This document shows positions 8,723-16,037 of a stretch of 18,865 nucleotides of DNA, in pieces (position 1 is the stretch's first letter; each line of letters starts with the position of its first letter). The notes beneath the pieces are model-generated. The model saw only the letters and a list, made by a program, of their open reading frames with translations. It had not been told where the DNA came from and made no database searches. The position numbers were made by a program, and so were the translations under genes. The stretch covers positions 1 to 18,865 of the forward strand of contig JBMOFD010000035.1 in the NCBI GenBank assembly GCA_049314435.1, written 5' to 3'. This DNA comes from Chlamydiia bacterium. Lineage in GTDB: Bacteria; Chlamydiota; Chlamydiia; Chlamydiales; JBMOFD01.

Positions 8723-8919
8723 GGGCCGCCTGTGCGCACCGAGCACGGTAAAGAGCAGAACCTGTTCGGATCGTCTGTCCTTTTAGGAGGGCGCTGAAGT
8801 GGGCGAGGTTCTCTCCATCGGCGATGCTGGGCGGTTCGTTCTATCCAAGTCATGGATGGGCAACCATCGAAAAGGGCGTAAGCCTGCAAAAGAAAGCGAT
8901 TTCTTCCCCTCACAGAGGG
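8723..8919 (+). ncRNA. Candidate structured RNA (long rod plus three GNRA hairpins) upstream of rpmE
   Basis: Hand fold gives one rod at 8723-8837, including AGAACCT/AGGTTCT and GGGCCGCCTG/TGGGCGGTTC. It is followed by GATGG-GCAA-CCATC, GGGC-GTAA-GCCT and AAGAAA-GCGA-TTTCTT. Confidence 0.45.
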
Positions 8920-8984
8920 TTTTGGACATTTAATAAGGAGCACGACTTCCTTCCTAGTAAGGGTTCCCGTCGTGTGTAAGTTTG

Positions 8985-9314
8985 ATGAAGAAAGGCAAGC
9001 ATCCAGAGTACCAAGACGTGCTCTTCGTCGACTCCGCGACTGGGCATAAGTTCATCTGCGGCAGTACGCTGAAGCCAACGAAACGTGATACATTTGAGGG
9101 CAAAGACTATCCGGCTTGTTTCGTGTCGATCAGTTCTGCGTCGCATCCGTTCTTCACAGGAAGCAAGCAGTTTGTGGACGCTGAGCGTCGCATCGACCGT
9201 TTCGTGGGCAAGTATGCTGCGAAGGCTGCGTCTGCCAAGGCCGCTGTACAGCCTAAGGCGCCGGCAAAGCCAGTGTTCAAGAAGCCTGCTCCTAAGAGCA
9301 AGGTAGCGAAGTAG
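8985..9314 (+). CDS. rpmE: 50S ribosomal protein L31 type B with K/A/P-rich tail
   Basis: [17 protein letters not shown] and [12 protein letters not shown], with no zinc-ribbon CxC/CxxC motifs. Precedes prfA-prmC. Confidence 0.96.
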   Translation: MKKGKHPEYQDVLFVDSATGHKFICGSTLKPTKRDTFEGKDYPACFVSISSASHPFFTGSKQFVDAERRIDRFVGKYAAKAASAKAAVQPKAPAKPVFKKPAPKSKVAK

Positions 9315-9397
9315 TCTGTTGCTCCGACAGCAACATGTGAGGGAAGGTTCCCTTCCCTCCAACTCCCCATCTCTCACCTCCGGAAGCGAATTAGGAC

Positions 9398-10483
9398 ATG
9401 TTGGAGCCCCTGCAAGAATCAAAGGTGAAGCAGCTGCTAGCCAAGCTCCCCGAGCTTGAAGAGCGTCTCGCGGACCCCTCTCTCATCCAAGATCGTAAGC
9501 AATTCAAAGCCGTAGGTCGGGAGCATGCCTATCTCATGCGGCTAGGCGAAGCCTATCAGGCTTGGGTCGATGCGATGCGGCAAGACCATGAGAATCGCGA
9601 ACTGCTGCGTGAGCAGCCGGGCCTTGAGATGGAACAGCTACTGCGCGAGGACCAGGCGATCCTTGAGGTTAAGATCCAGGAGATCACCCGCGAGATTGTC
9701 GATCTACTGGTGCCTCCCAACCCCCATGACAACGCCAATACGATCTTAGAGATCCGCGCGGGTACCGGTGGTGACGAGGCGGCCCTCTTTGTGGGCGATC
9801 TGGTGCGCATGTATAAGCTCTACGCTGACGCCAAGGGATGGAAGTATGAGCTCTTGAGCTGCACGGGCAGTGATATGGGCGGCTTCAAGGAATATGTCAT
9901 GGTGCTGACCGGGCCCCAGGTCTACCGTATGTTGCAGAACGAGGCGGGCACCCATCGCGTCCAGCGCGTGCCGGCGACTGAGGCACAGGGCAGGGTCCAC
10001 ACCTCGGCAGCAACAGTGGCTTGCCTGATGGAACCGGATGAAGACGAGGAGCTGGTCATTGACGACAAGGAGCTGCGCATCGACACATGTCGGAGCTCTG
10101 GTGCCGGGGGCCAGCACGTCAATACGACCGACAGCGCGGTTCGTATTGTGCACATTCCCACGGGGATCATGGTCTTTTGCCAAGAAGAGCGGAGCCAGAT
10201 CAAGAACCGAGACAAGGCGATGCGTGTGCTGAGGGCTCGCATCCGGGAGGCCGAAGCGCAACGGAAGGCTCAGGAGATCGCTGCTGTTCGTAGTAGCCAG
10301 GTAGGTACCGGAGACCGCAGTGAGCGGATCCGTACCTACAACTTCTCTCAGAATCGTCTTACCGATCACCGCATCAACATGACGCTCTATAGTCTGGATC
10401 GAGTGATGAATGGCGATCTAGACACCCTCGCCAATGCCCTAGTGGCCTATTTCTACCAGCAGCAACTCGACGCGGTGGGTTGA
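9398..10483 (+). CDS. prfA: Peptide chain release factor 1
   Basis: [14 protein letters not shown], the RF1 PxT motif (RVPATE), SGAGGQHVN and ERIRTYNF. The start could be slightly downstream (GTG 9425). Confidence 0.98.
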   Translation: MLEPLQESKVKQLLAKLPELEERLADPSLIQDRKQFKAVGREHAYLMRLGEAYQAWVDAMRQDHENRELLREQPGLEMEQLLREDQAILEVKIQEITREIVDLLVPPNPHDNANTILEIRAGTGGDEAALFVGDLVRMYKLYADAKGWKYELLSCTGSDMGGFKEYVMVLTGPQVYRMLQNEAGTHRVQRVPATEAQGRVHTSAATVACLMEPDEDEELVIDDKELRIDTCRSSGAGGQHVNTTDSAVRIVHIPTGIMVFCQEERSQIKNRDKAMRVLRARIREAEAQRKAQEIAAVRSSQVGTGDRSERIRTYNFSQNRLTDHRINMTLYSLDRVMNGDLDTLANALVAYFYQQQLDAVG

Positions 10484-11341
10484 GTGCCTCCGCTGCGCCG
10501 ACGGCTCAAAGAGATCGAAGCGCAGCTTCGGCAAGCAGGGATCCCGCACGCCGATCAGGAAGCCGCGCGGCTCTTGAGGGCGTTCAGTTCTATGACGCCA
10601 TTGGACTGGACCGATCCAGCCCATCCTGGTCTTTCCCCTGAGCAAGAGGCGCGTCTTCAGGTGGCTCTTGTTCGTCGGTGTCAGCGGGAACCACTGGCCT
10701 ATATCTTGGGCTCCGTCCCCTTTATGGGATTGGAGCTGGAGATCGATGAACGAACGCTCATCCCTCGCCCTGAGACCGAGCTCTTAGTCGAACATGTGAT
10801 CCAGGATCTGAAGGCGCGCCAGGTGGCGCGGCCCCAGATCTTGGATCTCTGCACGGGCTCGGGATGCATCGCGTTGAGTCTGGCGGATCGTTTGCCCCAG
10901 GCGCACGTCGCGGCGAGCGATCTCTCCCCAGAGGCGCTCGACCTCTCTCGCAAGAATGGGCAGCGATTGGGCCTGGAGGTTGAGTGGCGCTGCGGCGATC
11001 TCCTTGCTCCCTGGCAGGGGCGAAGCTTTGATCTGCTGGTCTGCAACCCCCCCTATATCGCCCGAAAAGAGTGGGAGGGACGTCTCGATCCGGAGGTACA
11101 GCGTGAACCAGCTCTGGCACTTTATGGTGGCGAAGATGGTCTACTATTCTATCGGCGCCTGGCGGCAGAGTTGCCGGCCGTGCTCGCTCAGAAGGCTATG
11201 ATATGGCTGGAGATCGGGTTTGATCAGGGGAATCAGGTGAAGGAAATATTTGCTTCCCTTGGTCGGGGGAAGGTGTGGTCTGACTGGAGTGGGCAGGATC
11301 GGTTCTTCCAGCTTGAAGTAGGGAGTACATCGGAGCTATAA
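10484..11341 (+). CDS. prmC: Release factor glutamine methyltransferase PrmC/HemK
   Basis: EPLAYILG, LIPRPETE, LDLCTGSGCIA and NPPY. The GTG directly follows the prfA stop. Confidence 0.96.
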   Translation: MPPLRRRLKEIEAQLRQAGIPHADQEAARLLRAFSSMTPLDWTDPAHPGLSPEQEARLQVALVRRCQREPLAYILGSVPFMGLELEIDERTLIPRPETELLVEHVIQDLKARQVARPQILDLCTGSGCIALSLADRLPQAHVAASDLSPEALDLSRKNGQRLGLEVEWRCGDLLAPWQGRSFDLLVCNPPYIARKEWEGRLDPEVQREPALALYGGEDGLLFYRRLAAELPAVLAQKAMIWLEIGFDQGNQVKEIFASLGRGKVWSDWSGQDRFFQLEVGSTSEL

Positions 11342-11471
11342 TGCCAGGCCGTGCCATCTAGCTGGCCTCCATTCCATAGTTTCATGGGTGCATGATCGTG
11401 GACGGTCGCATCGTGGACGGGTGTCCTGCGCCGTGGAAGGACTGGATCTACATCTTGGAACGCGATCACTC

Positions 11472-12809
11472 ATGTTTGGAACTCTGACGACAAAACTACA
11501 GGAAGTGCTGGGCAAGCTGACGCGACAGAAGCAGCTGACAGAAAGCAATCTTGTGGAAGCAGTGCGGGAAGTGCGGATGGCTCTTCTCGAGGCTGACGTG
11601 CAGTACAGTGTAGCGAGTGCACTGGTGACGAGGATCAAGGAGAAGGCGCTTGGGGCTCAGGTCCTGAAGTCGATGACTCCTGGCCAGCAGTTCATCGGCG
11701 TCGTGCATGACGAGCTGGTCGCCCTGATGGGCGGTGAGGAAGTGCAGCTGAAGCTCAAGGGCCAGCCTACTGTGATCATGCTCTGCGGTCTCCAAGGCTG
11801 TGGAAAGACCACGACGGCTGGGAAGTTAGCTCAGTGGCTGAAGAAGCAGGGACGACGTCCCATGCTGGTGGCTTGTGATCTGCAGAGACCTGCGGCCGTC
11901 CAGCAGCTGAGAGTGCTTGCTCAGCAGGTAGGCGTGCCGGTCGTAGCAGATGAGACGGCGCGCGATCCCGAGCAGATAGCGAAGCGTGGGTTAGAGGAAG
12001 CACGAGCGCAGCAGTGCGACGTAGTGATCCTCGACACAGCAGGTCGTCTGCACATCGATGCGCCCTTGATGGAGGAGCTGCTACGGCTGAAGAAGCAGCT
12101 CAATCCATCGGAAGTCATCCTGGTGGCGAGTGCGGCCCAAGGCCAGGATGCTTTGACGACGGCAACGGCGTTCCATGAGCAGCTGGGTCTGACGGGGTCG
12201 ATCGTCACGATGCTGGATGGGACGGCTCGGGCTGGGGTGGCGGTCTCTCTGCGTGAAGTGACGCAGAAGCCAATCTATTTTGAAGGGATGGGAGAGCGGG
12301 TGGAGGACCTTCGCCCCTTCCATCCGACCTCCATGGCGCAGAGGATTCTGGGCATGGGGGATGCGATCAATCTCTCAAGGATGGCGAAGAGTCACTTTGA
12401 TGAGGAGCAGTCGGCTTCTCTCGAAGAGAAGGTGAAGAAGGGAGCGGTCACCTATGACGACTTCCTAGCTCAGACCGAATTGATTGAGAAGTTGGGTTCG
12501 ATGCGAGGGCTTCTGAAGATGCTCCCCGCCCAACTGATGGGAGGGCTGTCAGCGGATCAGCTCCTGAAGGGAGAGGCGACCTTCAAGAAGTACCGCGCGA
12601 TTGTTCGTTCGATGACGCGCCATGAGCGCGCCGAGCAAGTAGAGTTAGACATGCCGAGGCGTCGGCGTATTGCAAAGGGTTCAGGCACCAGTCTGGATGA
12701 AGTAAACCAGCTGGTGAAGTCCTTTAAGCAATTGAAGCAGTTTTTGAAGCAAATGCCAAATATAAATGTCCTCGGAAAATTAATGGGAGGAGGAGCGAAA
12801 TGGCTCTAA
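11472..12809 (+). CDS. ffh: Signal recognition particle protein Ffh
   Basis: Starts MFGTLT, preferred over the track start 11388. Motifs ALLEADV, GLQGCGKTT, DLQRPAA, DTAGR, RILGMGD and M-domain SMTRHER...RRRRIAKGSG. Confidence 0.97.
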   Translation: MFGTLTTKLQEVLGKLTRQKQLTESNLVEAVREVRMALLEADVQYSVASALVTRIKEKALGAQVLKSMTPGQQFIGVVHDELVALMGGEEVQLKLKGQPTVIMLCGLQGCGKTTTAGKLAQWLKKQGRRPMLVACDLQRPAAVQQLRVLAQQVGVPVVADETARDPEQIAKRGLEEARAQQCDVVILDTAGRLHIDAPLMEELLRLKKQLNPSEVILVASAAQGQDALTTATAFHEQLGLTGSIVTMLDGTARAGVAVSLREVTQKPIYFEGMGERVEDLRPFHPTSMAQRILGMGDAINLSRMAKSHFDEEQSASLEEKVKKGAVTYDDFLAQTELIEKLGSMRGLLKMLPAQLMGGLSADQLLKGEATFKKYRAIVRSMTRHERAEQVELDMPRRRRIAKGSGTSLDEVNQLVKSFKQLKQFLKQMPNINVLGKLMGGGAKWL

Positions 12810-13117
12810 AGATTCGACTGAGGAAGCAAGGGCGTCACAATCGTCCCTGTTTTCGTCTTGTCGTGACCGAAGTAGGCTGTGCCCGTGATGGCAAGTACAT
12901 TGAAATGTTGGGTTGGTACGATCCCCAAGGGACGACTCCAGCTAACAGCTTTAATGTAAAAGGTGAGCGTGTGCTGCACTGGATCAACCAAGGTGCTCAG
13001 GTGAGCGATTGTGCTCATGACCTGATGCGTCGTGCTGCTCCAGAGGTTGTGGCAACCGTTCATGAGCGCGTGATGGCTAAGCGAGAGAAGATTCGAGCTA
13101 AGCGGCGCGCTAGATAA
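12800..13117 (+). CDS. rpsP: 30S ribosomal protein S16
   Basis: MALKIRLRKQG, RDGKYIEMLGWYDP and WINQGAQVS. GGAGG SD lies inside the ffh 3' end. Confidence 0.97.
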   Translation: MALKIRLRKQGRHNRPCFRLVVTEVGCARDGKYIEMLGWYDPQGTTPANSFNVKGERVLHWINQGAQVSDCAHDLMRRAAPEVVATVHERVMAKREKIRAKRRAR

Positions 13118-13827
13118 TGACGACCCCGTCGGGACCGCTACGGTTCGAATTGCTCTCTCTGTTCCCTGAATTTTTCAGGGGGCCGTTAGGGGAATCGATT
13201 CTAAAGCGGGCGATCGAACGGGGACTGATCGAAGTGGGTTTCGTAGATATACGGGACTTCGCGGAGAACAAGCACAACAAGGTCGATGATCGGCCTTATG
13301 GTGGCGGACCTGGCATGGTACTCATGCCCGGGCCTGTGACGAAGGCGATACGATCGGTGCGCCGACCGGGATCGCGAGTCGTATATCTTACGCCGCAGGG
13401 AACACCCCTGACCGCCCTTCGTGCCGCTGAATTGGCACGGGAGCCGCACTTGGTGCTGCTCTGCGGGCACTATGAGGGAGTGGACCAGCGGGCCCTAGAT
13501 CTAGAGATCGATGAAGAGCTCTCGATTGGGGATTATGTGCTGACCAACGGATGTTTGGCAGCACTGGTGGTGCTGGATGCCGTGGCGCGGTTTGTGCCCG
13601 GTGTTTTAGGTGATGAGGAGTCAGCGGCCCAGGATTCGTTCCAGGATGGGCTGCTCGATTGTCCTCATTACACTCGACCAGAGGAGTTCGAGGGCTGTAG
13701 GGTCCCTGAAGTCCTTCTTTCGGGGCACCACCAAAGGATTGCGGAGTGGCGCCATGAGGCATCACTCACGAAGACGCGCAGGGTGCGCCCGGATCTTCTG
13801 CCACCCTGCGAGCAACCGATGAGATAA
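13117..13827 (+). CDS. trmD: tRNA (guanine37-N1)-methyltransferase TrmD
   Basis: VDDRPYGGGPGMVL, LCGHYEGVDQR, SIGDYVLTNG and PHYTRP. TAATG coupling with rpsP. Confidence 0.98.
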   Translation: MTTPSGPLRFELLSLFPEFFRGPLGESILKRAIERGLIEVGFVDIRDFAENKHNKVDDRPYGGGPGMVLMPGPVTKAIRSVRRPGSRVVYLTPQGTPLTALRAAELAREPHLVLLCGHYEGVDQRALDLEIDEELSIGDYVLTNGCLAALVVLDAVARFVPGVLGDEESAAQDSFQDGLLDCPHYTRPEEFEGCRVPEVLLSGHHQRIAEWRHEASLTKTRRVRPDLLPPCEQPMR

Positions 13828-13840
13828 GAGGAATAGATCC

Positions 13841-14200
13841 ATGGTATTTAAGCCTAGAGAGCTGATCGCTGAACTCGATCGGCAGCAGATGAAGACCGAG
13901 GTGACGAAGTTCGCCGTCGGTGACACCATCAAAGTGCAACTGCGCATTATTGAAGGTGACAAAGAGCGTCTACAGGCCTTCCAAGGCACAGTGATTGCGC
14001 GTAAGGGATCTAGCGTCAGCGAGACCTTCACTCTGCATCGCTTTGCGTTTGGAGAGGGGATGACGCGTGTATTTATGCTCCATAGCCCACGCTTGGCGAG
14101 CATAGAAGTGCTCAAGCGTGGTCGTGTACGACGTGCTAAACTGAACTACCTCCGCGGGACTCGTGGTCGTAAGTCTAAAGTAGCTGACCTGGTCGATTAA
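13841..14200 (+). CDS. rplS: 50S ribosomal protein L19
   Basis: FAVGDTIKV, EGDKERLQAFQGTVIAR and GRVRRAKLNYLR. GAGGA SD. Confidence 0.98.
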   Translation: MVFKPRELIAELDRQQMKTEVTKFAVGDTIKVQLRIIEGDKERLQAFQGTVIARKGSSVSETFTLHRFAFGEGMTRVFMLHSPRLASIEVLKRGRVRRAKLNYLRGTRGRKSKVADLVD

Positions 14201-14234
14201 ACCGCGACACTCAGACAAGAGCTGAGTGACCCGT

Positions 14235-14278
14235 AAAGCCCGGTGCAGTCTCTCAAGAGATGGCACCGGGCTTTTTTT
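14235..14278 (+). terminator. Rho-independent terminator after rplS
   Basis: AAAGCCCGGTGC...GCACCGGGCTTT stem whose 3' arm runs into a T7 tract (14272-14278). Confidence 0.92.
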
Positions 14279-14449
14279 GTGCCCAGAAGAGATCAGCAAA
14301 TTAGGAGGTTTGGAGGATGAAATCCTCCAAGTTGATGTGTGGAGCGAAGCTCCTCGCAATGCCCTCTAAGAGCCATAACGGAATTGCACCTTGGCAGGAG
14401 ATCGCGATCTCGGTCAGAATGTCCGAGACCGGGAATTGCGGAGGCCAAC

Positions 14450-15058
14450 ATGTCAGGTGATCAACTGGAACGAGAAGTTCTTGCCCAGGGTCATCTGAGC
14501 GTAGCTGGCATCGACGAAGCCGGTCGAGGTCCACTGGCAGGGCCTGTCTATGCCGCTTGCGTCCTCTGGGATCCAGCCTTTGATTGGAGAGGGATCCGAG
14601 ACTCTAAGATCATTCCAGCTAAAGAGCGCGAAGAGCTAGCTCAGAGGATCGAGCAGGGCCTTGTCTGTGCGGTGGCCTCTGCATCCGTAGAGGAGATCGA
14701 GGAGCTCAACATCCTACAAGCTACCTTCCTTGCCATGCGACGTGCTTGGAAGCTCATGGCGCAATCGCCAGCCTATACACTTGTGGATGGATGTTGGCCT
14801 AGGCTGGAGGGGTCTGGCCGGAAGGTGATTCGAGGCGATGACCTGTCTGTCTCTTGTGGAGCAGCCTCCATTCTCGCTAAAGTGGCGCGAGATCGTTGGA
14901 TGACCGAGCAGGATCGGCTCTGGCCGCAGTATGGATTCGCGCAGCATAAGGGCTATGGCACGCCACAGCATCTGGCCGCTTTGCGGACTCACGGGCCTTG
15001 TGCTATTCATCGTCGATCCTTCGCACCGGTAGCCGCGCTGCAAGAGGCTGCTACCTAG
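14450..15058 (+). CDS. rnhB: Ribonuclease HII
   Basis: GIDEAGRGPLAGPV, DSK, NILQAT, AASILAKVARD, HKGYGT and IHRRSF. GGAGG SD 5 nt before ATG 14450, preferred over the track start 14339. Confidence 0.97.
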   Translation: MSGDQLEREVLAQGHLSVAGIDEAGRGPLAGPVYAACVLWDPAFDWRGIRDSKIIPAKEREELAQRIEQGLVCAVASASVEEIEELNILQATFLAMRRAWKLMAQSPAYTLVDGCWPRLEGSGRKVIRGDDLSVSCGAASILAKVARDRWMTEQDRLWPQYGFAQHKGYGTPQHLAALRTHGPCAIHRRSFAPVAALQEAAT

Positions 15059-15073
15059 ACCTCAGGAGGCGGC

Positions 15074-15943
15074 ATGAGATGGATCGTAGGCGAGTCTGTT
15101 GTGGACCTGCGGGCCGAGCCTTGCCATGCCTCCTCCACCATGTGGGAAGACACTGGACTCCACACCCAGCTCCTCTTTGGCGAGCCTGTCGAATGGCTGG
15201 ACGAGCAGGAGGAGTGGGTCTACGTGGGAGCTCTCGCTCAACCTCGTCATCATCAAGGGCGCTGGCAGCCTTATGAGGGATGGGTGCTCAAGGCAAGTCT
15301 TCTGCAAACCGCCGCTCCCGTATTGGGTGTGCATACCGGATGGTGGACTCCTGTCCGCCAAAGACCAGATCCCCAAAGTGAAGTGCTCTGGCGTATGTCA
15401 CCAGGGTCGTTCTTAGTCGGCGAACTAGTGGGTGCATGGATCCAGCTGGATGGGGGCGGATACCTTAAGCCGCCTTCCGGACGGGCAGCTTCACTTGAGG
15501 CACTCGCCACTCGCTGGATGGGTAGTCCCTATGTGTGGGGGGGGGCGAGCGGCTACCTGCCCCAAATGTGGCCGCAGAAGAGCGGCGTCGACTGCTCGGG
15601 CTTGGTCCATCTTTTGGAGCGCTGTGCAGGGCGTTGCGTACCTAGAGACGCCCATGATCAGTGGTTAGCATGTACTCCACTTCGAGACTTGGCGCAGGTG
15701 TTACCAGGCGACTACGTCTTTTTTGGCCCTGAAGACCCAGATGGGCGCATTCATCATGTCATGTTGGCCGTCAGCCAACATAGGCTTTTGGAGTCTTCCC
15801 GAACTCTGGGAGGTGTCGTGCAGCAGCTAACTCGCATACGTTGCCGAGCGGGTGACGGCCAGCTGCGCAGCGGAGCCTGGAATCAAGAGCATCGAGTCTA
15901 CATGGGAAGAATATCGGAGGAATGGCCGGACGGAGACCGATAA
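15074..15943 (+). CDS. NlpC/P60 (C40) peptidase with N-terminal SH3-like region, YkfC-like
   Basis: SH3b-type segment TQLLFGEPV...YEGWV, then PYVWGG, catalytic DCSGLV, PRDAHDQ, GDYVFF and HVML. No signal peptide; AGGAGG SD. Confidence 0.9.
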   Translation: MRWIVGESVVDLRAEPCHASSTMWEDTGLHTQLLFGEPVEWLDEQEEWVYVGALAQPRHHQGRWQPYEGWVLKASLLQTAAPVLGVHTGWWTPVRQRPDPQSEVLWRMSPGSFLVGELVGAWIQLDGGGYLKPPSGRAASLEALATRWMGSPYVWGGASGYLPQMWPQKSGVDCSGLVHLLERCAGRCVPRDAHDQWLACTPLRDLAQVLPGDYVFFGPEDPDGRIHHVMLAVSQHRLLESSRTLGGVVQQLTRIRCRAGDGQLRSGAWNQEHRVYMGRISEEWPDGDR

Positions 15944-15982
15944 AACAATCGTAGTGGATATCATCTGGGAAATAAAATTTTC

Positions 15983-16012
15983 TTGACGCATTAAAAATAA
16001 CTTACTACTCGT
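15983..16012 (+). promoter_or_regulatory. Putative promoter of kinase 1
   Basis: TTGACG-17 nt-TACTCG in an AT-rich patch. It aligns with the element upstream of kinase 2; the -10 box is non-consensus. Confidence 0.5.
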
Positions 16013-16037
16013 GAGGTGTCTGGAGCCTCGGAGAATC

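Noticed and set aside
8608..8943. 111-aa minus-strand ORF in the rhomboid-rpmE spacer
   Set aside because: No recognisable domain, and the composition looks non-coding. The region is better explained by promoters and + strand RNA structure.
8723..8975. SRP RNA, tmRNA or RNase P RNA identity for the structured spacer
   Set aside because: The SRP helix-8 motif (CAGG...GGAAGCAG), the tmRNA 3' T-arm/CCA end and the RNase P GAGGAAAGUC motif were not found on either strand.
11395..11437. Short direct repeats as a CRISPR remnant
   Set aside because: The repeat is 11 bp with a 4-bp gap, far from CRISPR geometry, and no cas genes are present.
1257..14359. Long antisense ORFs over core genes (e.g. 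1257..1802, 4239..4778, 9746..10369, 13970..14359)
   Set aside because: Expected shadow frames in GC-rich coding DNA; no motifs or start signals.
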